Position numbers and translations under genes: made by a program
Notes under the pieces: model-generated
Databases searched by the model: none
What the model was told of the DNA's origin: nothing
Seen by the model: only the letters and a program-made list of their open reading frames with translations
Assembly: GCA_977016875.1 (NCBI GenBank)
Contig: CDRNST010000088.1
Span: 2,666,001 to 2,730,000, forward strand
Direction: 5' to 3'
Origin: Pavona decussata
Lineage: Eukaryota
DNA: 64,000 nucleotides
Shown: positions 1 to 12,906 of the stretch, in pieces
Position numbering within the stretch: position 1 is the first letter of the stretch
Layout: the number at the start of each line of letters is the position of its first letter

Positions 1-156
1 AAAGACGTCCAAAAGTGGGAAAAATGGGTCCGCCATTACATACACAACAAATGTCTGAGTCAAAGAGGAGGGATTGGATTGAGGTCGCCTGTGACGTCAT
101 CTTATTCCCAAAACTCACCACCATCTCGCTACAACTACTTCTAGCATGTTATTGTG

Positions 157-388
157 GTGTCGTCTGTTCCGTGTTCTTCGTCCATTTCTTCGAAAGACAG
201 ATCTGATTTAAAACAGTTGAACAGAAAGATATTTTGGACGGCAATGGAACTGCTTTTAACCCGTACGATGAAGATTTGGAGCCAAATGTGACCGTAGAAG
301 CGGCCGCCGCATTTGAGGAAAGCGTGATTCTTGAAGAAGATCGTCATATCGAGCTCCAAAGACATTTTACTGGTGAAATAGGTGCATG
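157..388 (+). pseudogene. Possible first exon of a KolX (P2X7 C-terminal-like) Kolobok accessory gene, frameshifted
   Basis: Ser-rich start, then acidic NPYDEDLEP...EEDRHIELQRHFTGEIGAW ending at a GT donor (tg|gtaggc). This resembles KolX N-termini from memory; no downstream exons were found. Confidence 0.3.
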
Positions 389-3300
389 GTAGGCATTACT
401 CCGATTGAGTTTTTTTGCCGTTTTTTGCTTTTTTTCATTGTATTTGCTTTTAGTTATCACAAAAGAGCGGTTTACATAACGTAACATAACATATCCGGCA
501 CAACGTTGGTTTGTTATTAGGTAAGGCTGTTCGTAATACGCGCTACTTCTTTCATCGGTAACATAGTTTGAAAGAAAATTTTAAATGCCATCCTGTAGAA
601 TCCGGCAACCAAGAGTCTGTAGGACTTAAACTTGAGAAACACCTGTTGCATGTTATATGTTCTTAGTATGTTTTCATCTGTCTTAGGGGATCCCGCTGCT
701 GCTGATGACATCATTCTGTACAAAGTAGAATGCCGAGATGGGAGGAATATTGAATCTTCCAGCTCAGAGTTAAAAAGCGTTTTTACCTCTCAATGGCCAA
801 TCCACCAGTCCTTTTCTTGCCCTTAAGCAAAGCATCATGGAACGTTTCTGTCTTAAGGAGCTCTCCAAATAATATTACTACGACGGCTACGATGTCATGC
901 TCGTCAGTAACGATGCTAATCTCATTGTCTGCCTAAGATTTTTTAGAAGTTGTGCCATCGAATACAGCAACTGGCGTAGCTTAGCGCAGCTCTATGCTAT
1001 CGTCCAACTAGACAGGGACGCTCCGAAACGTACATCTAGTGATGAGGAAGTCACAATAACTATTGCAAGCTCAGAACTTGTGCATAATATTGTTTTGGGT
1101 GTGGCATCTGCGCTTTCGTTTGGAACCCTTTCACAAAGTGATGAGAAACACGTCCGCTTCACCTTTAGAGTTTGCAGTAAGTACGGGGGAAACTTTTTTT
1201 GTAGTGTCCCCAAAGAAAGTTTTCTGCAAGTCTTGCGGCGTTACATTGAAGTTAAACAAGACGTACCAAATGTGTAACTTGACTGACCATGTGCTGAAAG
1301 CCCGATGCTGTAGAGTGAATAGCTTTCTGGGAACCCATTTCTTACTCAAGGGCTGTGATGTCTTCAAGATTAAGAAAGAGATACTGCAGATTACAAGTTT
1401 AGTAGCAGATACCAAGAACTCAGAAGTTCTGGGATTGATTTCCGGGCTGTCGTCACTTCCTCTAAACATACTAGTCATCCTTGAAGAATTGAAGAATCTT
1501 CTGCAAGAGTCCTATCCTGCTGTTTACCACAAATGCACTGATAGAATGAAGACGCTGAAGGGTCTTTTGCAACTGTGGAACAGCTATTAAGAAATAGTAG
1601 ATTCATCTGTTGCTGACAAGATTGTGAAGTGTAGCGTCAACATTGACAGTTTTGATGAAGCATCTGCACTTCTCTTCTTTAATACTTCGTCGCAAGTCCT
1701 TGATAAAGAGCACGTCTTTTATCAACAAACACATGCTTTTCTTTGGGAATGTCTTAACAACGGCCGGCTAACAAACTGTTCGGACAAGTACCAGACACTT
1801 AGTAGATTCCAAGAGCGACTGCAGTTTAAGTTTGGAAAATCGTGCAGTTACTTTTTAAGAGGTTTCGCCGGAGGTGGCAAGGGCAAAAAAACAGGCTCTC
1901 TTACGTTTAGGGAGTACGTCACAAGTCACAATTTCAGCCTGATGCACCCAACTCTGTATCAAGAAACAGTCCCTCTTCTGACCTGAAGAGCCAGATTTAC
2001 AAGGAAGAAGTGCTCACGGCAATAGACCTTTGCTGTGACTTACAGGTAGAACCAGTGAAACCTGGTGTTACCGATAATCGAGTGTTCCTGGTTAACAAGT
2101 CCACCGATGGAATGGCTCTTAAACCAGCGCTGCGATATTTGCCATTTGTCCACAGAATTGTAGGGTTAGAGGATCCCAATTTTTTTTCCTTTGACGACTT
2201 TCAAAAGGTTAATCAGATGAGTGAAGGGGAATTGATAAAACTGCTCAAATCTTTAGATTTTGTCACGGAAGCACAGGAGTTCTGAGTTAGTAGTATAGAC
2301 GGCAAAGTTTTGTTTCCTGTCGGTTGCTATTACAGGGCGAGCAAAGTAGGAGCACGACAGATTGAGCACTATGATAACGACAGCTGCAAGGTTGTGCAGA
2401 ATGCAAACATTGTCTTTCAAATGGGACTCAATGTGTGGTTTCCTGTGAAGAATGCAAAGAAGAAGGAATTGCGTGTGACGAATGTGAACAAGTTGGGCAT
2501 ACAAGTATAAAGCCGATGGAATGCAAGTGCGCTCGTTGTCAGGTTGGCAAGTTGGAGTGTTATAAGACGCCAGAGTTCATGTCCAGACCCTCCGCACGTT
2601 CTCAAGCTAGTAAGGAGTGGGCTCTTCAACTATTGGGTTCTACATGGAAACTATCTCTTTAATGTGAAGCTCCTCCCTTCTGCCAGGGAGGATTCCAACG
2701 AGGCTATTTCCAAGCCAATTGCACAGTTACTTCCCCGCAGCTGTATACACAACAAAGATCAAATGAACATGGCAACTGCTGTAGGCCTTTTTAAAGAGAA
2801 CCTGTTAAATGTTTTGCCAGATGACCCATTAGTTTGCACCCTTGTTCCAGAACAGGACAGATTTTGGCGGCAAAACACAGCTAAGAGCATCTTAAAATTT
2901 CCTACTGCAGTTGCATTTTCTTCAAAACACAGCATCCTGATCATTACAGATAAAGCAAAATCAACGGTGTACATAGCGAATATGCACAACCCAGTGTGCA
3001 TCATTCCGATTGCAGGTCCAGATGTTAGAATTTCCAGTCCAACTGGCTTGGCTATCAGGGACAACTACGTGATCGTTGTGAACTCTGGCACACAGACAAG
3101 CTTTAAAGTTGTTGGTATTGCCCCAATTTTAAAGAAGAGTAGAGCGTTGCTACAGATTGAGTCGGATAATGGTGACGAAATTGGAGATGAAGAAGGCAGT
3201 ATCAGGACAGCGAGAGTTAATGTTTACGACATCCAGCTTTGGTCAAGAGCAGAGAATTTAAACATTGGCAAGATTATTTCATTAACGTGTGAACCAAATG

Positions 3301-3734
3301 GTGATAGAGAGCAAATGACTGCTAACACTACTTTGTTTGGATTGTCTTGCAATAAATCCATTTACAAGTTTTGCGACTTTGGTACAGATTAATTGCACAA
3401 CCGATTCAAGATGAGGACCGAGAATTACTATGGCTTTGGTGGCGGCGAACAACCGTTATGCATATACCAGGGTCTTGATGGAATTTACGTCAGTCTCAAC
3501 AACAAGGGCATCCAATGCGTACAGCAACTCAACCAGTCCCAGGTCCGAGTCATTGACGTCTTTGAGAAAGCACCATCCTTAATACTAGATATGACGGAAA
3601 CTTCCGAAAAGCTAGTATTCTCCGATGCATCTGACCACACTCTTAATTATTTTGCTGATAACAAAGTGACAGTAACATTGGGTGAATCAGAAGGTTTTCA
3701 CGATGGTTACTCACATTGCTTCAACTCTCCATCA

Positions 3735-4939
3735 CTACAAAAGCCGAGGAGGGACTTTGGACTTCGGACTTCGGGCTTCGGGCTTCGGGCATCGGGCTTC
3801 GGGCTTCGGACTTCCGGCTTCCGACTTTTTTATTTTTTAATTTTTTTAATTTTTTATTTTTTTTTTAAATAAACTCTAAGTGAAGTTACAAATGGCAAAA
3901 TGTTTTTGCGCGTTTTTAGTTTGTTTTCTAGGGTCGACATTCTTTCGCTGAAATTCACTTCTGAGTGAGTTTTATCTATAACGTAATCGGGGTAACCTCT
4001 GTTGCGTAGTCTCTGTTTGAATAGAGTGATGTTTTCTTTAAATTTTGTTTTTGAAGAGTTTATTCTGAGCAGTCTTAAGGCTTCGCCTTTGATAAGGCCT
4101 TTCCTGACGCCTGGAGGGTGGCAGGAAGAAAAATGCGTGTACTGGAACGTTTCTGTCGGTTTGAAGTTTGTGCGCACGTCAAGTTTTGATTCTTTTTTGA
4201 ATCTTTTGCCCTTGCATACACGTGTCAAGGACAGTGATTACAATATCTGAAATTTCAGCCGTGAATTTTATGGTCGCACGATGGTTGTTGGCTAGCTCTA
4301 TAAAAAGTTTGGATTTCATTTTTGCTCACATTCCACAGAGAGACGACATCATTGATGTATCTCTTCCATGTAAGCGGTTTTGTAGCACTACGGGCAATTA
4401 TTTCTGTTTCGATCTCTGCCATGAAAATATTGGCAAAGGATACTGCCATCTTTGTACCCATTGCGGTCCCGTATCTTTGGAGGTTGTTTTTTCCATTAAA
4501 GATTTAACGTTAAGATTTAACGTTAAATCCGTTAGCCCCAAAATTAAACATTGCGCATTTTCAGCGTCACGCAGTATTTCCGTCATATCCTGCACGTAAT
4601 GCTTTTTGGGTGTTTTTTCGCTGTTCACACCCTTGTTGGAACGTGATTTGTACTACAATGATTAGGTATAAAATATGTTCCCTCACTGTCTTGTTCTTAC
4701 TCCCTGACAAAGTCTGTGTTATCAGAGGAAACCGGTAGTAGACAATAAAGAAGTTGACAAGATATGTTGCTGTGTGCTTCTCACTAGATTTTATTTAAAA
4801 AAAAAATAAAAAAATTGAAAAATTAAAAAATTAAAAATAAAAAAAAAGTTGGAAGTCGGAAGTCCGACGTCGGAAGTCTGAAGTCGGAAGTTGGAAGTTG
4901 GATGTCGGAAGTCGGAAGTCCCTCCTCGGCTTTCGTACG
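3735..4939. mobile_element. Non-autonomous TIR (foldback-like) element, ~150-bp TIRs containing 7-bp tandem repeats, ATCA target duplication
   Basis: 3735-~3885 (tacaaaagccgaggagggact...(GGRCTTC)n...T-rich) is the inverted copy of ~4780-4939. ATCA occurs at 3731-3734 and 4940-4943. Removing the element restores the host frame FNSPS-RITSYQENIFVCD. Confidence 0.8.
3886..4500 (-). pseudogene. Penelope-like retroelement RT C-terminal fragment
   Basis: GTAMGTKMAVSFANIFMAEIE, WKRYINDV (RYIDD-like) and KPTETFQYTHFSSCHPPGVRKGLIKGEALRLLR; frameshifted. Confidence 0.85.
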
Positions 4940-5159
4940 ATCACGCATCACGTCATATCAAGAGAACATCTTCGTTTGTGACCTGAACAAGGCCCTGCAT
5001 TTGGTGTCGAGTATAAGTGTTTAAAAGCAATTTGGTAGGCAGCTCTCAGCCTTTATAGAACGTTTCCAACTAGATGAAGATTTTGCCTGCCAGGGAGCAG
5101 GGCCAACACTGTACGAAGGAATTGCGACACTGAAATACCTTGCCACCACAATGAACATA

Positions 5160-5687
5160 CATACATACATACATACATACATACATACATACTTTATTTA
5201 TTCCAGAAGCAGACTATATATACAAATAAAACTAAGAAGAAAAGTACTTCTAGAAAAGGAAGTTTGGAGGTTAGCCCTATGCGAAAACTCCCTCAAATAA
5301 AAGAAAAACAAAAATAAGTATACATAAATCGAGATCTTTAGAGTCAAATATTCAAATACATTTTGAACTTAGATTTAAAATGCTTAAAGCTATCAGCTTC
5401 CACTATATCACCAGGTAGTTCATTCCATAATTTCACAGTTCTAACGAAAAAAGAATGTTTATAACAGTTAAGTCGTGCTGGTTTCACATAGAGCTTGTAT
5501 TGATGATTTGCCCTTGTAGACCGAGTTGTGGCGAAATCATAAAAGTCTTCAAATTTTAAATGATAAAATCCAAAAACTATCTTATAACATTCAATTAAAG
5601 ATAAATAGGTTCTACGGTCGGAAAGAGTAGGCCATTTTAGTAATTTGCATCGGTCCTCATAGGACATTTGTCCTTTGCGTTCCGACT
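5160..5687 (-). mobile_element. 5'-truncated CR1/L2-group LINE 3' end with (ATGT)n tail
   Basis: ORF 5344-5667 (YEDRCKLLKWPTLSDRR...STRANH...SFFVRTVKLWNELP). AATAAA is followed by the (TACA)n tail at 5157-5192. Probable ATA duplication at 5157-5159/5688-5690; removal restores the host frame MNIEQAAYFRTG. Confidence 0.85.
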
Positions 5688-8600
5688 ATAGAACAAGCAG
5701 CTTACTTTCGCACAGGGAAGTGTTGCTTTCAGGGCCCAGATCTGGCACCCACGGAACCTTGCAGAGATTCCTTTTCGATGCTTCTGAGGTCATTCAAGAA
5801 AGGAAGGAAGATTCTTGATGACTTTGACCACTTAAAAGAAGGGCTTTTGTTTTCTTCCTTCACCACCTTAGATTTGGAGCAATTTTTTAGTGGAATGAGA
5901 ACACCCGCTCGCCCAGCCCCCGACATGAACGACTACGCATCGCGGAGACCCATCTGTATTTTAGAATCTATAGAGAGGCTATACCAATCCTTTTTCATCT
6001 TTTATACCGGTCCTCAAAGCCATTACACACAGAGAAAGCTGGGTCTAAAGGCACTGGAATAGCTTCGAAAGTCCCACAGCAAGAGTACCGAGGATGTGGA
6101 TGAACAGACGAGCGCAGAGGAAAAGGAGAGACAAAGTAAGGCATTGCAGGGCTTTGCAAAAGAATTTGGACGGGGTGTAGGACAACAAAGAACAAGAGCA
6201 AAGAAAGACCTGGTACACTTCCACCTGCCCTGATTATGTTCAGAAGGAATGTGTCGGCACATGGAGAAATCTATCCACTGAAAGAGGGTCAAGGAAGTGA
6301 AGGACAATCTACAGCTCATGATGCCGTCGAGGAGTGCGAGATTATCTTTTCAAAAGGCGATGTAGTTGCTCTCAAGCACTGGTTCCTTTTGGCCTAAAGC
6401 ATGCGGGGGCTCTGGGGACGAGATTGGGAAAATGAAGCGAACATGCCCTCTGCACCGTAACGACAAATCAGCATTAAGTAATTGTGCCCCCTGTATTATA
6501 CTGTTATTGTTGATGGGAAGTTTGCTGCATATGCACTAAAAATATATATAACTGCCGAAAGGATGAGCAACTGGTAAGGTTACTACGTTCATACGATAAG
6601 CAGATTCCTATAAGACCCTATAAATGCTATGAAAAAATTGGCGCTCCGCTTTTAGGCTTGGCTAAATATATATATATTAATCGTACATTAGAGAGTCCGT
6701 TCGATGTCATCAGGCTCTTTGTCTTTTGGGAAGTCGGTGAGGAATAATGTTACCGCAAAAGTGTATGGGGGGTGCTAGTGGTGTGTTTTAACATGCATTC
6801 ATTCAATTAACATTGTGTCTTAGAATCTGGACTTCCATTTGTATATTTATGGTGGCCTCTTACTATATCGAAGGCAGTTACACATGAATGGCAATGTTAC
6901 ACGTCATTTTTCAATAACGGGAAATAAGAGATTTATTGCAGGATAACATTAGTCAGTTCAAATGATTTATAACACAAGTCTTCTTTAAGAGCCGTCTGTA
7001 AATATCGACTATCGCCGTTCGGACAAGAAAAAAATGAAATCCCTCAAACTTTCTCAGAAGAATGGTCTATGTAAGTGATTCACATAAATATAACTTTCAG
7101 CTCAGTTCGATTTGTAATGTAGCTGTAGTGCGACCATCTTCGTTTTACCGCTCTGAGAGGGCTTTCAGCAGCCACTTTAGGCCACACTTTTAAGAATTTG
7201 CCTTAAAAAGAAAGCGTTACAAATCCCAAACAAAATCCCATTACTCTAGAGAAGCAAATGTTTGTTGTTGTGTTGAGAAGCTTTTTTGGGAATTTGATCG
7301 AAATCTGATTTTTTTACAAAATTTTTAATTTCTTCCCTATTGAACTACTCTTCAAGTGCCAAAAAAATGGCCGAGTTTAAAGTGCACCTAACCCCAATTT
7401 TTTTTATTCGCTTAGTTGAAATATCCATGTTAATTTAGTTCTGCGAAAAAATAAATCGATTTGTTTAAATATTCTTTTTTCTGTGGCCTGTTGAAATTTC
7501 AAAAATCGCACCAAAACGGAGCTGTGTTTGGCTCAATACTGAGTTCTGCGGGGCATGGCTCTAGTCACGTGGCGTGACGTAGTTTCAGGAACCACACGGA
7601 ACTGCGAAAACTGTGATGTGGTCGTGCAAAAAAAAAAAAAAACGAAATTATGCCTAACCGGTGCGTCGCTGCCAATTGTAGTAACATCAAGGACGTGGAG
7701 AGGAATATTTCGAAGCATCAGTTTCCGTTTTATGGCGATACAAGGCCAGAAGCACGGAAACGGCGTAAAAGATGGGTCGACTGGGTTAAGCTGAAACGGG
7801 CAAAGTGGGAACCATCAGTACATTCCCATTTATGCTCGGTCCATTTTAAACCAGAAGCGTTTATGTTCCAGTTCGGCAATGAGATAGATCTGAGCAACAA
7901 ATGGCTTCAAAGGGACGAGCTCGGAGTATGCGTATTTCCCAGTATACACAGTGGAGCGAAAGAAAAACCTATATCCGCGAGAGATAAAAGAATGGTGAGA
8001 TAAATCAATCGTTGTTGTCATACTGAACTTATTGTTGATTTGCCGTTGAAGAATGCGACAAAAAATTGCCTTCGCTGTTTCTAAGCCTGTTATAACGATT
8101 GTCCTTGTAGGCAGTCAAAGCAGCAATGTCAGGCCACAGAATTGGTTCTGATACCATCGATAAAGCAAGGAAGAAACGAGTGAGACTAGCTGGAACTGCC
8201 ACGGCCACATGCAGCACAGCGTCGGCAGTGAATCCTGCTTCCAGCACAAGAAGCCAACCAGAAGAAGTTGAACCTCCAGCGATTGAGCATTCAGTGACTG
8301 AATCAGCTGAAGTTGAAATAATAGAATTTAGTTCTACTGGTGAAACTTCTACAGGTTCAATCACGGAAGGTTTGATTTCTGCTCGTTCAACCACTGAAGG
8401 CTCGACTTCCCACAAAACCGTAGAAGTTGAAACAGCTGCACCATCACCAGGAAATGATGAACCAGCCGGGTCGAAAAGCAAGTGCAGCAACTTTTCTGTT
8501 CTTGAAAATCAGAACAGACTTTTGCAAAACAAGATTCGAACGCTTCAAGGGCATCTTTCTAGGCAGAAAAACGAAAACCGGAAGTACCGGCGAAGAAGCG

Positions 8601-10817
8601 GAAGTAAGTAAAGATAGTATAAGTTTTGTAACTAAAATAATATCGTCTGAATTGTAAAAAGGAATGGTGCTGTAAAAAGACACAAGAATGTAGTTTTTTA
8701 CTACTGCAAGTAGTCCCCAAGTTTGGCCATTCCATCAAAATACACACACAGGTTCGAAAATGGAATCCAATGAGGAGACGTCAGAAGGGATGGTGCTAAA
8801 AATTGGAGACTATATACAAGGCCATAGATTTAGAATTAAGCTAATTTTAGGTGCCAGGTAGCCAAGGAAATGTTCTCATATTCATACGAAGTAGCTCAAA
8901 TCACTAATGGTCAAGGTCATTTAGAATATTTGAAATAGCAATCCATAACTTAAATGCATGTGTGCACCATTATTTTTTGGTTTAGACACCAAGGATATTG
9001 CTGAGCCCATAGCATCGGCTAATCAGGAGTCAGGCAATCAGGAAAGTTATTGTAATGACAAAAGGATGACTGCAGAAGAGGAGTTGGAGGACGTGGAAGA
9101 GGATGAGGAGGAGGAAGTTCAGTGTTTCTCTGCTGCACAAATTGAAATTCTGACACCGAGATCTGATTGCTTTTTACGTGTACACTCTAAATACTTTGTA
9201 ACATCTCAGAAGCCAGTGAACAAAAGGCAAAAAATCCTGGCAAATGCAAAAAGGACCCTAGAATTAGTTAAGGGATGCTTAATATGTGTAAGGGTACTGG
9301 TAATCAAAAATATATTAACTTTTATTGTCTGCCTTAAAGTACTGTAATTATTTATATATTGCCTTTTACAAACACTTCAAAGGGTAATATTTTTAAGGGT
9401 TTTGTAAGTTGCAAAGCTATGGGGTAGTACAGGGTTTTTATTACATTACTATTTTTTGCAGGTTGCCACTGAAGGGTTCAAACCTAAGATCTGAACCAAA
9501 GCACATTGTCTTCTTGACAAAATTACTGCTGCTTTTTAGATTTTGTACAATCTGCAAAGCTGATAATCCACTGGTTGAAGCCAGAGAAAATGGTACAGAG
9601 GTCATTATTAAAACAACCTGCATTAACCAAAAATGTCAGAACGAACACACATGGTACAGCCAGCCCTTGTTGCCCGACTCAAAGATACCAGCCGGGAATT
9701 TTCTCCTTTGTATGAGCACTCTGCTTTCAGGAGGATCAGCTACCAAAGTGTTGCAAGTGTTTTGCCATATGGGACTTGGTTGTGTGTCTATCAACACATT
9801 CTTCAAATATCAAAGGGTAAGTCTTGTCTCATTTGTTTTGTATGATAATACCCCCATTTTATTTATTGTGAGCCTTATTTACATTTTTCAATTAATTGTA
9901 TTATCGTAAAATGATTGCTTGTATTGCAGTCAGTAAAACTACAGAAAGGAATTTTAGACGATAAACTGATTGTGCAGGTCTGACAAGTGCATTTCCTTCT
10001 TGGAGTTGAAATAACCGAAATAATTAGCCCTGAATTTATATTTAGTTCAACTTAAGGGCTTTTTTCGCTGGGCATATTAGGAAGAAAGTTTGCATTCCAG
10101 AATGGGTTAGACAAATTTACAATAAAACTGTTATAAACACTAAGAAAACAGCCTAAAACAGCTTACCATTAACAATCCATGGGCTCCTATTAGTACAAGG
10201 ATATTTATGTTTGAGAGTTTGAGAGGGCTCATTATCGGGATTTTATGTTATTACAGTATAAATAATGAAGTTTACTTTTTTATCATTTTTAACTCATTCA
10301 TTGCGGAGCTTGCGAAGCAATGGATGAGTTTTTGCAGAGATGGACAAAACGGCATTAGCAAAATCTGCGTAGACGGATGTGACGTCGTTAGCGAAAATAG
10401 CGGAAGTGACGTAAAACTTGGTTGGATTTGAGCAACCGCTGACCAATAAGTCAACTTGCCACGAATAGCAAACAAAACAAGCCTAATTAAAGATTGCAAA
10501 ACACCGTGATTAAATGATTGTAAAACACCGTGAGGGAATTTATATTTTTAAGGTGGGTATTCAGTAAATAAAATTAGTCCAAGACATTCTTTTTACTCCG
10601 AAAATGAGCCCGCATACGTACTGTCCCCTCCAGGAGCTGTTTTTGTCCATTGGGTCTCATCGCCTCGTGTTCCGTGCCAGAGAAGGAAGCCATTTTTGGT
10701 AGGAATATTTAACTCTCTTTCACACGTCATTTCGGTAAGTAAATTCTCTCTGTTGACGATTATTTCATTTGCTTTAAAACTTACAACACATACATAAAAA
10801 GTGAAGCGACCTACAAT

Positions 10818-12906
10818 GTGGCTAAATCTGTTTTTACAGCGCAAATTTCGATCAGGTTCCACGGTCGCGCGTACATGTGTTATACAGATTGCCGTACAAG
10901 GCCTTGCGATACAATAGCCGTACAAGGCCCAGCTATCAAACTGGCAAACAAACTTACCTTAAAAACTGTTAAGATGCAGATTTATGGTGTAATGCAAAGC
11001 TTTATCAGCTACATACAGAAGAAGTTTAACTCCATCGCTTGTAATGTACGTTCGTTTCTTTGCCTTTGTTGGTACCAAAACGATGATTCACAAAGTCAAC
11101 TTAATGATAGTGGACCGAAAACTCTTCCACTAGGATGTATATGCAGTGACGAACACGCTGACAAACAAATCAAGGAAACAATGCAGGTACATGTAAATAA
11201 ACAAATGATTAGAAGATCTCGCTTTCACCTATTTATCAATTCAAGCCAGCCCCGTAAAATTTGCAAGTCGAGAGACAGAGCCCTCTCAAGAATACCTTCA
11301 ATGCAATTAAAACGCATTTTGCAAAAGAGTAGAAAAGTGAGACAGTCATTGCGAAAACATGCCCTCAAAATCGTTCCAAAGTCATCGAAACTCCATGAAT
11401 ATCTCAGCAGAAAAAGTCATGTGTACCACAGGCTAACTTATGACCTGTTTTGCATCACACATAAATGCAAACAGTCCAAACAGTCTGTAAAATATAGCTA
11501 CGGGTCTAATCAGTGCTTTTATTTAGTTTTTGTGCAAATCAGAAGCCCTAAACACAAGAAAGTTCCTGTGGTTAGTTACATTACCAACATGACTGGTTTA
11601 GCTCGATTGAAATGTTCCAGATTAAAAGCATTATGGGTGTTGAGTCGTATTGTCTCACTTAGTGGTGATGTAGAGAAAAATCCTGGTCCCACCAATCAGT
11701 GCAATGAAAACAGAAATGCAAATTGCCTATCTGTAGCCAACCCAGTCTCATTACTAGAATCGAGATTGTCTCAAGTTGGTAGAGTTGCTATTGATGTTGG
11801 AGGTGCAGGCGATTGTTTCTTTCGTGCTATATCACATCAGTTGTTTGGGACTCCCGACTACCATTTGCATATACGAAGCCAAGGAATGCAGTATTTATTG
11901 CATAACCCAGAGCTGTTTATAGAAAGCAATACTGAACGATCATGGCAGGATTATCTCAACGATATGTCAAGAGAAGGAACATGGGCTGATGGAATAATAA
12001 TTCAAGCAGTTGCTAATTGTCTTAATCTGACAATCAACATAGCAGAATCATTTGAAAACTTTTCTCCACTAACAGTTATCCATCCAGTCAACACTCAGAG
12101 AAATTCAACCCAAGTTTTTATTGGTCACATAGGAGAATACCATTATGTTTCTACTGTAAATCTTTTAAATTTGCAATGTAACAGACGAGAACAGGTGGCA
12201 AATGATTATTTTTATAAAGATCAACAGTTAGTTTATGCAGTTAGAATTGATGCTGAACAAGCAAAAGCAAAACAAAAAGCATGTGAGAAGGATTACATCC
12301 AAAGCGAGAGACAAAATACTGCTCATACGGAAATGGACAATGAACAAGCAAGAGAAAAACAAAAAACACGCAAGAGGCATTACATCCGAAAAAAGAGGCT
12401 AGATACTGCTTATACAGAAATTGAAAACGTTAAGAGACGAAAAACACAACCAATATCTGAAGCAAATAAAAACACAAAACGCAAGGCTTATATGAAACAG
12501 CTAATGCAAAAGAAACGGGAAAATGCTGAATTCAGAGGCAAAGAAAATAAAAGGAAAAGAGACAAAGCCAAACTTAGAAAAGGTAATACAAACACTAATA
12601 CTTGTAATGCAACAGCAAAAAAAAATGTCAACTGACAATAATAATGACACAAGTAACAAAATAATAGACCAGCTTCACAAAAATATCAGGTGTGGTCCTG
12701 AATACATATGTACCTGCTGTGATCAATAGTGGTACAGGTCATCAGTCACAAAGTGCAATGTAAACAATTATAGCAAATGCCAACAAAAACTCGTTAAGTC
12801 TTGTATTACTGGGCTAAAAAGTGTTGATGATACTGAATGGATCTGTAGCACTTGCCATTCAAACTTAAAAGAAAGTAAGTTACCCCAGTGCTCAAAAGCA
12901 AATGGT
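10818..12906 (+). CDS. Helentron polyprotein N-terminal part: basic leader, 2A-like motif, OTU protease, charged region, Zn finger (one frameshift, one stop)
   Basis: SGDVEKNPGP at 11661-11690. OTU DVGGAGDCFFRAI...WAD...HYVST at ~11790-12155. Frameshift in the A9 run (~12617-12625) and TAG at 12727 within CTCCDQ*WYR...WICSTC, which is in frame with ORF 12907. Confidence 0.8.

Larger units (their letters stand above)
632..6390 (+). pseudogene. Degenerate P-element-superfamily-like transposase with an inserted NHL-repeat/beta-propeller region
   Basis: Ordered motifs: STDGMALKPALRY (D ~2106), PDPPHVLKLVRSGLFN (DxxH 2586-2597), KDQMNMATAVGLF (~2754, like the P-element DKMNV GTP-domain motif) and TTLDLEQFFSGMR (E ~5877). 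NHL-like blades lie at ~2890-3730 and 4944-5010. Many stops/frameshifts and two insertions. Confidence 0.65.

Noticed and set aside
6395-6427. ctctggggacgagattg as the right terminus of the P-like element
   Set aside because: It looks like a common MITE end, and no matching left copy or TSD was found in the window.
12610-12730. Programmed frameshift or readthrough in the Helentron ORF
   Set aside because: A homopolymer indel and a point nonsense change are simpler; the question cannot be settled without reads or sister copies.
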